DNA of 63,780 bases, the filler included, from Octopus bimaculoides (Eukaryota): the NCBI RefSeq assembly GCF_001194135.2. It is 8 parts of 8 records of this genome, joined end to end, with 100 filler letters (N's around TTAATTAATTAA, not from the genome) between each part and the next. Parts side by side here need not be neighbours in the genome. Positions count along the whole stretch, not along the records: positions 1 to 14,030 come from NC_068993.1; positions 14,131 to 23,903 come from NC_068983.1; 6 more parts are not named here. One strand, 5' to 3'. Shown piece by piece: positions 1 through 21,663 of the stretch. How positions within the stretch are numbered: position 1 is the stretch's first letter; the number at the start of each line of letters is the position of its first letter. The notes below the pieces were generated by a model. That model searched no databases. It worked only from the letters and a program-made list of their open reading frames with translations, and was not told where the DNA came from. The position numbers and the translations under genes are program-made.

Positions 1-2264
1 TTTTTTTTTTCTTTTATTTTACACATGCAGTGGTAATCACGCAGCAATTAGGGAAAATTTTTCTTATATAAAAAAAATTTGCTTTGAAATGCAGATTTAT
101 AAATTATAAAAGAACGTTAGAAAAATAAATGTCCCTTTTGCAGATGATATTTTTTGGTGGCAAGAAGTGAAGTGGTACCCTGAAAACCGACATGTAAAAC
201 TTGGAAGATCTGGTGGGATGTGCAGGAAAGAAGTGGGACACTCTTTTGAGACGGCATCTGAAAAGAAAAGAAGAAAAAAGATGAAACAATAGATTGAATT
301 AATAATCAGTTGTTAATTATTCAATAAAATAGCTGAAAGATTTCAGTAATGCGTTTCTGTTGACTATTTTTTCTTTTTTCTTTTTCTTTTTTTTTCTTTT
401 TTTTTTTCATGTTACGTTATCATTTCTTCTGATGCCATCGAGGTTCTAAAATACGATTATCTCAGTGAAGATAATAAGCTAACGAGACGCAAAAATAAGG
501 GATAAAAATTGTAAAAGCAATATATTTCTGTGTTTTTGAAAAAATATGTATACGAACTTTGGGGAATTATAGAAGGCTTTCATTTTCAATAGAATAAAAA
601 AAAGTACAAAGCAGTCACGAAAAATTCATCGTTTNNNNNNNNNNNNNNNNNNNNNNNNNNNNNNNNNNNNNNNNNNNNNNNNNNNNNNNNNNNNNNNNNN
701 NNNNNNNNNNNNNNNNNNNNNNNNNNNNNNNNNNNNNNNNNNNNNNNNNNNNNNNNNNNNNNNNNNNNNNNNNNNNNNNNNNNNNNNNNNNNNNNNNNNN
801 NNNNNNNNNNNNNNNNNNNNNNNNNNNNNNNNNNNNNNNNNNNNNNNNNNNNNNNNNNNNNATATATATTGCCTTATCTATGGAGCATTTGCCTGCAAAT
901 GGTTCCTACTGAGATTTTAAAGAAAAGCTTTCACGGTTTCGACTTTCCCGGATCTTGCATCTATTGTAGGACTGGGACTGAAAAATAAAGAAAGTATAGC
1001 GGAAAGTACACGACTCTCATAAAACTATGAATGACGAGATTGGTGCAAAATAGGAAAAAAAAAGGGCTCCTGACGGAATTACATGTAGATCCAAATATCC
1101 AAAGACAGATGTTATATCTCGACACAAAGACTAGTGCTATAAGCAATTATAAATCACAGAAATCCACCAGATGTAAGTTTCCAATATGATTGCATTCTGC
1201 AACAGCCTTTAAGAACTAACTGGTTAAAAATTAATTGATATCTAGGCCATTGTTATAGTCATAAGTCAACCTTAATCGTCAGACAAATGATCAAAGGTGT
1301 TGCCACGATGACATAGTTTATCAATAATTTCATTACCTAATATGACATCATTGATATAAACTTGTCCTTTAAAACGGCAGAGTGTCATTTAAAGAAGATT
1401 TGGTTGTTATTTCTAGTTGATTAAACAACCATATAAAAGTTCTCACACGGGTACGAATCTGGAATGACGGAATACCATCGTTTAAAATCTTTTCTCGGCA
1501 ATAATAAGCTTGTAATAAAAGTATGACTATTGACATAATTTACTCTCAAGTTGTATTTATGTGTGGTTATATTTATGTGTTGACAGATTAACAAATGTCA
1601 CTTAATCCTAATTAAGCATTGAATTATGAAAGTTACGTGAGATTAAAGATATAAAGTATATAAACTGATAGTTCTATCAGTATTTCTAAATACGATGTCC
1701 AATAATATCAGTTGTAATAGGACATTGCATTTGGGGATATAAGAAAAGCTAGTAAGACTAAGTGAATACAGAAAAACAAAATATACCCATGTATTTATAT
1801 ATGTATGCGTGTATGTATGTATGAACATATACATATGTGTGTGTGTGTGTGTACGTACATATGTATGTACTTATACATATATATGTGTATGGAGAGTTTG
1901 AGTATATAATATTTAGTTACATAATCTTACGTGCGTTTCTTGAATGTAGCCTGCATTGTCAAATTTTCACAGATGCGTAACTTTCATTCGTAATTTACCT
2001 ATTCATACTGGATTAGTGACAGTGTTGCCATCACAACTACTGTATGTGTGAATGTATATATGTATGTACGTGTACATTGTGTATGTGCGTGTTTCGTCCG
2101 TTGTAATACCTTTATTTTCTTTGAATTACAACATTTCTTCATCCTTACCTTCTCTTGTGGATTCAACAGCATACAGGAAAGTAGGTGCCACAAAATATAT
2201 TCTTGCTTTTTTTTTCCTTTTTACTTCACATTAAGATGTCGTCTGACGTTCATTATTCATTTCT

Positions 2265-2475
2265 AATATAGACACAAGACCACAGTTTGGGATGGAGTAG
2301 GGATGTAACCAACTATACTGATACCAGTACTGCACTGCTTTTACTTTTTATCGACCCCGGAAGTTGGAAAGATAATGTTGATCTCAGCAGTATTTGAACT
2401 CAGAACGTAAAATGCCGTAAGTAAATGACGTATGGCATTTTCTCTATGTGCCTAACCATTTTACTAATGTACCAC
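2265..2475 (-). mobile_element. Diverged copy of tRNA-derived SINE family A
   Basis: Shares tttatcgacccc...ttgaactcagaacgtaaa blocks with the copies at 5735 and 50808. Confidence 0.7.
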
Positions 2476-4988
2476 TATGTGAATGAACGCTTGCTTTTGG
2501 AAACATTTTGACAACGCTCTCTCTAATATTACTATACATCATTTGTAATATTTTCCCTGAAATCAGTCATTTGGAACCAAAATCTCGTCTTCCACTTTTC
2601 GTCAAATAAAGATTTCTCCTTCTCGAAATTCATTTATTGCTTGTTTATTTGATTGTTGTTTGCTTTTCTTTAAAATATTGGCCAAATAAACGAATATAAA
2701 AATAGAAATATTTAATGTGACTTTTTAAAATCCCTCGAACACAAACTTCTAACAAAATACTACTGCTAAAAGATTTGTCATCCCTTCCACCATCTCTCTT
2801 CTCCCTAACTCTCTAGCGTGCGCTCTCTCTCTTTCTCACACGCTCTTTCTTTCTGTCTTTCTTTCTATTCCTGTGACCTGATTTCTTTCAGCAAAGGAGA
2901 AACCGCTGCATGGACAGAATCAGTGAATAATGTACACAAATTTGAATATATTCGAGGTTCATGAGGGAGAGAAATGTAAATTGTTACGTTTTGAGCCAGT
3001 TCCTTCGAATTTTTTTAAAATTTCTAACCAAGGGATCCTGTCCGGAACGTTAAGATTTCCCTTTTCTTCTTTATCCATGGTCGACAAAAGTATTCTTCTC
3101 TTTTTGCCAAAATTTTGCACTCCTGATCTTCGCTTGGCGAACTGGCAGAATTGTCAGAGAGTCCGAAAGAATGCGTCTCGATATCTCTTCTGAGTTCAAC
3201 TCCTGCTAAAGTCAATGTTGCCTTTCGCCATTTCGAGATTGATAAAAATTCCCCAGTCCGGGATAGCGGATTTGCGGAATATCAAAGCGTCAAACAAGAT
3301 GCCTTGCGATACCAGTTTCAGCTCCGTTCATTCTGAGTTCAAATCCCGCTTCCTATCATCAGGAAAAAACGAGGCCCTTCGAGTCCCGGCAAAACAGAAG
3401 CAGTAAAAAGCTTGGAAAGTCCTAAAGTAAATGCTTAAGTACTCCAGTCGATCACTCTCCATGCGAGCTCACTAACTGGCAAGAGAAAATGCATAGGGAC
3501 TTCTTTATGTCCATTGAATTGGATGAACGAATATACACACAGAAGCTAAAGCAAACGAAAACAAAACAAAAGCAATGAAAAACGACAACTAACAAAAGCA
3601 AAATCCGATTAACTAAAACTATAAACAGTACAGTAAAACAGACAATGCAAAACACAGACGACAGGGGGGAGCAGAAGCAGACGATAGGTAGGGTGGGAAA
3701 GCAGACGATAGGGGAAAAGCGGGAAAAGAGAGTGTTTTGTAAGTGGAAGTTGGGAGTCGGGGAAAATATGCGGAAGCTCGTCGCATTTAAACAGAAATTC
3801 AGGATTAACTAAACAAATTGAGATATTAAAGAAATTATGGGGTATAAATTTTATCACGAAAATACCATACTGAAGGGAATTTAAAAGACGGTTTTAACNN
3901 NNNNNNNNNNNNNNNNNNNNNNNNNNNNNNNNNNNNNNNNNNNNNNNNNNNNNNNNNNNNNNNNNNNNNNNNNNNNNNNNNNNNNNNNNNNNNNNNNNNN
4001 NNNNNNNNNNNNNNNNNNNNNNNNNNNNNNNNNNNNNNNNNNNNNNNNNNNNNNNNNNNNNNNNNNNNNNNNNNNNNNNNNNNNNNNNNNNNNNNNNNNN
4101 NNNNNNNNNNNNNNNNNNNNNNNNNNNNNNNNNNNNNNNNNNNNNNNNNNNNNAATTAAATTAACGTTTTTTAATATTTTTACTTTTTTATTTTGATTTT
4201 TTCCTTTTATTTTGTTTCTTCGATGTTGCAAAAAATAACAATTTTTTGGTTGTGTTTTTTAGCTCTTTTATCGGTCGAACGTAGGAAGTGTCAGAAACGT
4301 GTTAAACAACAAAGAAGAAAAAAAAACAAGTAATAATCAGAAGAATTGAAAAAAAAACAAAAAACAATAAGGTACATTCGTGTGGAAGAATGACAACAGA
4401 TTCCATGCGTTTTTTTTCACATTACATTTTGCTTCTTGTCGGAAGAAATTGTCCGAACATTATCGCTATTTTGTCAAATGATGGATTGAAAAAACAACAA
4501 GCAGTGACATTAATTATTATAATTAATAAACACTGCTCATTAAATTAGTTTTTACACTTTTTTTTGTGTGTATATGTGTTTTCCGTGAAAATAATGCAAT
4601 GTATCTAGCTATACATTTATATGTCTGATAATGCATGTATGTATATTCAAATGTGTAAATCAGTATATGGAATACACATTATTGTCCATATTACATATCA
4701 GATGCTACCTATCATATTCTCTGCCATTTTATGATTTTATTTTTCTGTTTGTCATAATACTGTTTCCTTCTTTATTTATTGTTTGTCCTGTACGCTGTGT
4801 TTAGGTATTAACTAAGCAGTGGTGTATTTGCAATATTTATTTACTAAAAGTGAATGTGTTAAAAGGGTATTTAAAAGTGTTGTAGCAGTGATGGTGGTGG
4901 TGGTTGTGGTGGTGTTGAAGCAAATAAGTAGTGAGTAGAGCTCACCGTCGGCGGTGGTTGGCTGGCTTCCGGGTCACTCAGCATCTGC

Positions 4989-13923
<8,935 letters not shown>

Positions 13924-14233
13924 CTGTAAGAGGAAGAATTCAATATAGCAATACAGTAATAATACAGGAATACATAGATATATAAATGCATACACACGCA
14001 TAAATGCATGCATGCATATATATATATATANNNNNNNNNNNNNNNNNNNNNNNNNNNNNNNNNNNNNNNNNNNNTTAATTAATTAANNNNNNNNNNNNNN
14101 NNNNNNNNNNNNNNNNNNNNNNNNNNNNNNATTATTGATAAATCTCAGGGTAGCAAAAGAATCTAGAAATTCTTTTTGCTACCAGTGGTCTAGCGAGAAG
14201 AAAAAAACTAGTCAATAGACTATATATTATTCG

Positions 14234-14329
14234 TATAAATACATACAGTGTACATTTAAACACATAAGAGAGATGTCCGATTATGGACATCTCTCTTATG
14301 TGTTTAAATGTACACTGTATGTATTTATA
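14234..14329. repeat. Perfect inverted repeat: 45-bp arms, 6-nt loop
   Basis: 14234-14278 is the exact reverse complement of 14285-14329; loop gattat. Confidence 0.95.
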
Positions 14330-14411
14330 TATATACACATAATTTTTTTTTTTTTATTGGTTTTAGCTCAAAACTGCGGCTATGTTGGGGCACCGCCGTT
14401 TTGCTACACTG

Positions 14412-14720
14412 TTATTGAGATCTTCCACTGATATGTGGCATTTGGTGAATAAGGGAGTTTGATATCGCTGTTCTCATTTGCGCCTCCTGCTGCGAAGTAA
14501 GTTCATCTGGGACTCTGGACAGGAAGAGATCCAGTTTTGTTTTGGAAACACCTACATCCACTTTGTGTAGGTCCCTCAAGCTCTTTGGGAGAATATTAAA
14601 AAGCTGTAGGCCCTTGAAACCCAAGATGTTGCAGTAACTGATCCTGAAGCGCGACGGCAGTGTTGTGATCTTTAGAATTCTACAGTGGTGACCCATTCTG
14701 GCATTTGTGTAGCTTTCAAT
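14412..14720 (-). mobile_element. 3' remnant of an APE-type LINE (CR1/L2-like post-RT region)
   Basis: Translation GFKGLQLFNILPKSLRDLHKVDVGVSKTKLDLFLSRVPDE resembles the 'LFN.LP...FK..LD.FL..VPD' C-terminus of such LINEs. Confidence 0.7.
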
Positions 14721-14779
14721 GCCAAAGTTTGATAGAATCCCTTCCAGGATCTTCCAGATGTATATTACTGTATATATCC

Positions 14780-14849
<70 letters not shown>

Positions 14850-15057
14850 NNNNNNNNNNNNNNNNNNNNNNNNNNNNNNNNNNNNNNNNNNNNNNNNNNN
14901 NNNNNNNNNNNNNNNNNNNNNNNNNNNNNNNNNNNNNNNNNNNNNNNNNNNNNNNNNNNNNNNNNNNNNNNNNNNNNNNNNNNNNNNNNNNNNNNNNNNN
15001 NNNNNNNNNNNNNNNNNNNNNNNNNNNNNNNNNNNNNNNNNNNNNNNNNNNNNNNNN

Positions 15058-15320
15058 GGGCTGCGTGTTGTGTTCTTGAGCAAGACATTTTATTTCACGT
15101 TGCTCCAGTTCACTCAGCTGTAGAAATGAGTTGCGACGTCACAGGTGCCAAGCTGTATTGGCCTTTGCCTTTCCCTTGGATAACACTGGTGGCGTGGAGA
15201 GGGGAGGCCGGTATGCATCTACAATTGCTGAGCTTCCATAAACAACCTTGCCGGGACTTGTGCCTGGGAGGGTAACTTTCTAGGTGCAATCCCATGGTCA
15301 GTCATGACCGAAAGGGGTCT
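15058..15320 (+). mobile_element. SINE body fragment with a conserved central-domain-like motif
   Basis: tgttgtgttcttgagcaagacatt...ccagttcactcagctgtagaaatg resembles conserved SINE domains; 5' head lost in the gap. Confidence 0.5.
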
Positions 15321-15322
15321 CA

Positions 15323-15356
<34 letters not shown>

Positions 15357-15429
15357 CATATATCAAAAGGATGTGTTATAACTATTCTACATATACAAAA
15401 ACAGACATATCAACAATCCAACATACCTC

Positions 15430-15712
15430 CACGTGGTCTGATCAATAAGTATCCGGACTGCTATAGTAACGAAGCTAAAGTACACAGAATGAAGCCGCTT
15501 GGCAAAGATTGACTTTGAACTCTGCTGTGCATACGCACTGAGTTTTAACGTTCTAGCTCACTTCCGCTGTTTACAGCAGTGCTAGAAAGTAACGTGTGTA
15601 GCGTGTGATCGTTGCATTGGCCATGACGGAAAGTTGAGCAGAGAATCAGCATCAAATTTTGCCAAAAGTCAGGCGATACCTACTCAGAGGCCTACGCAAA
15701 GTTTTCAAAATG
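15430..15712 (+). mobile_element. Mariner 5' fragment (TIR plus transposase start)
   Basis: TIR-like cacgtggtctgatcaataagtatccggact; ATG at 15623 gives a frameshifted MTE.VEQRISIKFCQK...EAYAK helix-turn-helix N-terminus. Confidence 0.8.
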
Positions 15713-15715
15713 TCT

Positions 15716-16190
15716 TTATCGTTCTCGACAATCAAGGAGACATTGTGCAACTGAAATCCGAGTGTCTTTTTGATCAGCTAAAAGAAGTTTGGGCACAAAC
15801 TTGGCAGAAACGCGTCTCATACCCAAATCTTCAGTGATAATGAACTGAGTTGAACTGTAATTAATTTGCACACCATTTGATAACTCACGGATGGTGATTC
15901 GATGATTTCTCCTCACAGCTGCACACACATCTGCGATGTTTTTCTCAGTTCTGCTGGTTGCAGGTCTCCCAGAACGTTCGTCAATATCGACATTTTTCGG
16001 CCATCTTGGAAACGGCTAAACCACTCGTATATTCATGTGCAGCTCATACACTCTTTTCCATACACTTTCTGCAATTTTGCGTAGGCCTGTAAGGAGGTAT
16101 CGCCATGACAACTTTCTCTCTCATGATTAATGCGACGATCACACGTCACACACCTTCCTTCCAAGTACTGTTGTAAACAGCGTTAAAACT
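15716..16190 (-). mobile_element. Second mariner fragment, opposite orientation (5' UTR plus about 120 transposase codons)
   Basis: EAYAKLQKVYG..YEWFSRFQDGR..DERSGRPATSRT...RITIRELS...EDLGMRRVSAKFVPKLL; contains the mariner (W/F)VP linker motif. Confidence 0.88.
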
Positions 16191-16802
16191 TTTAATTCTT
16201 TATCTTCTACTAATATCTTTGGTTTAACATATGCTTCTCCAGGTGCAACAATGAAACATAACTTCTGTTATATTTTTCAAATTTATTTACAAGCCAAAAA
16301 GCTTTGCATGGTACATTAAAAGCTGTAATCACATCCTACAGTTTTGTGTCAGATACTAAATCACAGTCATCAGCATATAATATTTCCCTAATAAATGATT
16401 CGAACACCTTAGTATCTGCGGTATTATTGTGATGTTGAACGATTTTACTGTGGTTCTAAATCTAATGTAGATTTCCTTAGTGTCATCTTCGAATGCTACC
16501 ACGAATACGACGGTAAAACAAACAAAAAAACAGTGGTGCAAGAATGTCTCCTTGTCTTACTCAACCTTCAACAGGAAAAGGTTAAGATAAATTAACATTA
16601 TAGTACACTCTAGCCTTCATGTTGTTAAATAAAGATTGTATCAGGTCTGTACACTTGTCAGAACAACCAAACTTATAAGAAGAGATAATACTCACAAGCT
16701 GCTCCAGAACGAAATTTGTTTCATTCTATCTCTCTGAAACATTAGTCCCAGTTCTTAGCTTTCTCAACAATACAATCTACAATGCCTCTGACTACTTCTC
16801 AG

Positions 16803-17099
16803 TACATACATACATACATACATACATACACACATGCATACATACACACATGCATGCATGCATACACACATGCATGCATACACACATGCATGCATACATA
16901 CACACATACATACATACACACATACATACATACATACATACATACATACATACATGCATGCATGCATACACGCATGCATGCATACACACATGCATACATA
17001 CATACACACATGCATGCATGCATACACACATGCATGCATACATACATACATGCATGCATGCATACATACACACATACATACATACATACATACACACAT
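16803..17099. repeat. Compound (TACA)/(TGCA)/(CA) microsatellite
   Basis: Direct reading. Confidence 0.95.
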
Positions 17100-18133
17100 A
17101 AGTGTATGCAGGTACAGATATGGGTATATGAATCTACATTTTCAGGTACGTGCTATTCACTTTACTTTCCATATGCATTTTTATTGGTTATTAAACATAA
17201 TTTTTGTTTCTTTTCTCTTTAATTTGTTTTTGTCATTTAGCATTCGTGAATGATCTCTTCCCTGAGTCATAAAGCAACATGTCCTAGCTTTCCAACTGTC
17301 TGCATACGCCTTATATTCTACATTAACGTAGTTAATCTAGAATTTTTAGCGAGTTAATTTTGATTCGTCAAACAGGGTGATAAAATCAGTGTAGATGCAG
17401 AACACTTTTCCTTACACTTAGGACGTTAGCAGCTTAAATGCTGCAAAGAATAGAACAAAACATGACCTCAACAATAGTAAAACCTTTTTAATGGCAGTCT
17501 TCACAATATAAAAACTAAACAAAATGAAAAGGTGAATTCAAGTCATTAACAAAGGACAGCATGCAGCGTGTAAAGAAGAGACGATACTCACCCGCTGCTC
17601 CAGAACTAAATTCATTTCAATTTATCTCTGAAACTTTTGCTCCAATTCTCAATTTTCGTAACTCTTACAGTAACAATGCAATCTACAATACCGCTGCCAG
17701 CTTCCCCTCTTATGAAATTTTTCATATGTCGTATCTTAACACCCACTACTAACAACTCATTTGTTCTCAACGTAATTTATCAATATATAAATTGTAATTA
17801 TGATTTATTGATATAAAAGATTGAAGCGTTATGCTCTATACAAATTCATATTTTATTCATTTTACTGAGTTTTTGAGTTTTCTAAATCTTCAAATATTTT
17901 ATTTTACAGGTCTGAATCATAAAATATGACTAGCCCAATCATAAAAGACGCAGCACTTGTTTCAGATATATTTCTTTTCAATAACTATTACACATCAATC
18001 CTCTAAAGTTTCGACAATGGAATTTCAACAATTCAGGAATGTGTGAATAAACTATAATTATTTACTAATGGTCTTATTTGTCTGGTCTCCGACTGGAGAC
18101 AATATCAGAATATTCTTAATGTTAAGATCATTT

Positions 18134-18358
18134 TCATGAATCTAATTCCATCGTTTCGTTGACAAATTATATTTTATTAGAATGAAGAATAAAAATAATA
18201 TAGAAAAAATTTCCTCTCTTTTCTTTGCAAATATTTGTCTTTGGACCAGCTCTCATGAATCTAACTCCATTGTTTCGTTAATAAACTATATTTTATTAGA
18301 ATGAAAAATAAAATGATATAGAAAATTTCCCTCTCTTTCTTTACAATATTTGTCTTTT
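18134..18358. repeat. Direct tandem duplication, period ~119 bp
   Basis: tcatgaatctaa(t/c)tccat(c/t)gtttcgtt...atatttgtcttt occurs at 18134 and 18253. Confidence 0.9.
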
Positions 18359-19716
18359 CTTTGGTACAAAAGTGTATTTATATCTAAGAGCAACAACTTA
18401 GAAGACAGCAGGGATCCAATTTAGTATTTCATATTTGTTCATCTCCACAGATAATCTTTCCAATAAGGAAAATAGAGGTGCTAATGACGTGAAATATAAG
18501 GTAGAGACTTGTGAGTTGGTTTAATTCAATACGATTTCAAGAGTAAGTGTGATTATATTAAAAATAGAATAAAGTAGAGCAAATGAGAAAGGGCTTAATT
18601 ATGTGCTGTGTAGTCTTTTGAGGTGAGATACATGATGCTGTAGAGTTGAAGGAAGATTTTTCAACTTAGTGCATGTCTGAATTTGATGAAGTATTTAAAT
18701 TATCACAAAAGTAACCAAAAAAGACATTCTTAAATAACTGTGCTATTATGACCATATGCAGATAAACCTGGCCCGAATCGGTCGAAAAGTGAGGGGACTG
18801 CCAACTAAAACATCCACTTTGGGGATCCTATATATAAACATACTAAATGAGCCTCACTAACCAAACGACAAATGTGGATGTGTCAAAAATTTTCAAAATT
18901 TTCTATTTTTTGAAGAGTCCAGTATATCACCTCATCACACATATACCTACATTCCTGTTTAGGACTGTAAACTATTACGTAACGAGAGAGCTTCTATGTT
19001 GTCGTTCGATCTGGTAAAAATTACGGTCAAACGTTTTTCACTTCACAAATTAACGTCTGAAATAACTAAAGAAGATCTTAAATGATCTAGCCCTATACAC
19101 CTTTAGTACAGATGGAATAGTCATATCTAACATGCATTTGCTCACATGTCATGATTGGAATGTTTTACATCATAGATCTGCTTGATTATTGCTTACCTAG
19201 GTTTAAACAACAAAAGATAACCTACAGTGAAGCACATTCATTGAAAGAAGAGTATGTAAAATGGCTTAGCAAATTTCCGCTAAGACTTAAGAGTGATTTG
19301 CTTTGCTTTTTACTATTTTCTGTACTACAAAATATCAACACTGTGCAAAGAACACAACAGATGAAATCTAATATGTCCAACATACTAACAGAGAACTAGT
19401 CATCAAAAATATATTTACATCAACAACCAGAAATTTAGAGGCATTAAGCCTACTACAACCAGGTAACTACAATAGGGAAGCCTAGATGAATAACTATTTC
19501 TACAGAACCAAATCAAGTCTTACATAATTAGAATGACTAAAGTGGCTATTTATCCCTCTATAAATGCCATTCTATGCTCATGACACCCAGCACACAGCTT
19601 AATGGGGTTAGTTAATCTACAAATAGCCGTCAAATCTCTTCAGATTACAATCTAAATTCTTAAAATTAGAAATGCATGAACAACTGATCCCTAGTAGATA
19701 TATAATAATAATAATG

Positions 19717-19744
<28 letters not shown>

Positions 19745-19747
<3 letters not shown>

Positions 19748-21646
19748 CTCCTGGTAGACAAAACTGTACTTAGATACTGCAAGAGGAGGAAAACTAACTT
19801 AACCATGTCATGGATCGATTATCGTAAGGCATACGCTATGATCCCACATTCTTAGATTATGGAATGTGTGAACCTGTTTAGTATTGCATCGAACGTCGAG
19901 CGATTGCTTGGAAAAAGTATGAAGTGGAAGACGGAACTGACAGCATATGGAAAAAGTTTAGTGACAACAGAAATCAGGAGAGGCGTCTTCCAAGGGGACT
20001 GCTTGTCCCCACTGAACATTGTACTGTGCATGATACCACTAACACTGATTCTGAGGAAAGGAAAGGCTGGGTATGTATTCAAAAACCGGCCAACAAAAAG
20101 TCAACCACGTGTTATTCATGGATGACCTCAAACTTTATGGTAAAGATAAATCCCAAGTCAGTTCTCTCGTTGACATGGTGTATACTTTCAGTGCTGATAT
20201 CAGAATGGAGTTCGGACTGAAAAAGTGTGGTGTGTTAGCCTTGAAGACAGGCAAAATCAAATGTATGGACGGGCTAGCGATACCGTCGGAGAGGTTATAA
20301 AGCAGATAGAAGAGACGGGCTATAAGTACTTAGGAATACTGGAAATTGATAAATTGATGGAGAAAGAAATGACAGAAAAATTTAAGGTGAGGTACTTGCG
20401 CAGACTGAGACTGATCCTTAAGTCGAAGTTAAACGGACAGAATAAGATTGAAGCTATCAACACCTGGGTGGTTTCACTACTTAAATATGGAGCAGGAGTG
20501 ATCGCATGAACAGTAGACGAACTAAACAGCTTAGACAGAAAGACAAGGAAGTTGCTAACTAGATACTGGATACACCATCCAAAAAATGACACAGACAAAT
20601 TTATGTACCAAGAAAAAGAGGAGAAAGAGGACTGATTGGATGAGAACACAACATTAGAGGAGAAGAAAACAACATAGCATGCTATGTAAGAAATGCCACA
20701 GAACAACTGTTATTGGAAGTAAGAAAGTCAGGTTTGTGTAGGATGGAAGATTGCAAAGATAAATCACTGTACAAGGACTTGAGAATGAATGAAACTGAAA
20801 ATAGGTCGATAAAGAAAAGAATGCCTGGACAAATTTGCAGAGATGTTGAAGATAAGACATAGAAAGAAACAAGATGACTATGGATGACTAAAAGGGATTT
20901 AAAACCGAAAAAGGAGGCTCTAATCTGAGCTGCACAAGAGTAAGCATTAAGAACCAATTACATCAAATACAGAATCGACACACATCAGAAAGTGATAAGT
21001 GCAGAGTTTGTGGACAAAATGGGGAAGCCGTATAGCATATTACCAGTCGGTGTACGCCACTAGCCCAGAAAGAACATAAGAGACGTCATGACAATATAGC
21101 AAGGATTGTCCAATGGACACTTTGCAAGAAATATGAACTTGACAGAGCAAAAAAGTGGTACGAACATAAACCCGAAAGCATAATCGAAAATGATAATGCA
21201 AAGGTTCTATGGAATTTTAGGATTCAGTGCGACCATGAGATAGAGAATAGGAAACCAGACAAAGTGTTAATTGAAAAACAAAGCAAATGATGTTGGATCA
21301 TGAATATAGCATGCCCAGCTGACAACAATGTATGCGATAAGGAAGAAAGAAAAGTCGATAGATATGATAGGTTAGCTTGGGAGATTAAGCAGTTGTGGTC
21401 GATGAAAAGGTGGTAGTAGTACCAATAATTGTCGGAGCCCCGGGAACAGTGAGTAAAAATCTTGAGAAGTACATGAAACAAATAGGGGCTGCATTAAGGG
21501 CGGAGCACTTGCAGAAAACAGCACTGCTTGGAACTACGCGAATACTCCGGATGGTTCTCGAAAAATAAGGGGTGTTACCTTAGTTCACTGGTAGTGAACA
21601 GCTGACACCTTAGTACATCTCCAGCGTCAGAAGCTGTGCAAAGACA
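19745..21646 (+). mobile_element. 5'-truncated, decayed R4/Dong-clade non-LTR retrotransposon (RT, CCHC knuckle, restriction-like endonuclease)
   Basis: WIDYRKAY..PHSW, GVFQGDCLSPL, LFMDDLKLY, YKYLG; CRVCGQNGEAV*HITSRC; NRKPD...IACP...K; ORF stop at 21566-21568; many stops and frameshifts; (TAA)n on both flanks. Confidence 0.9.
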
Positions 21647-21663
21647 ATAAATAATAATAATAA

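Noticed and set aside
124-183. INVPFADDIFLVARSE, resembling the RT (Y/F)ADD motif
   Set aside because: Isolated 16-codon similarity with an immediate stop and no other RT motifs; too weak to annotate.
14075-14086. TTAATTAATTAA inside N runs (also 23948, 27369, 37497, 39414, 58369, 61304)
   Set aside because: An identical 12-mer centred in ~100-bp gaps with stops in all six frames is an assembly spacer, not a biological repeat; it marks joins of unknown size.
18558-18567. MEF2-like TTAAAAATAG site
   Set aside because: A single AT-rich 10-mer is expected by chance in this base composition.
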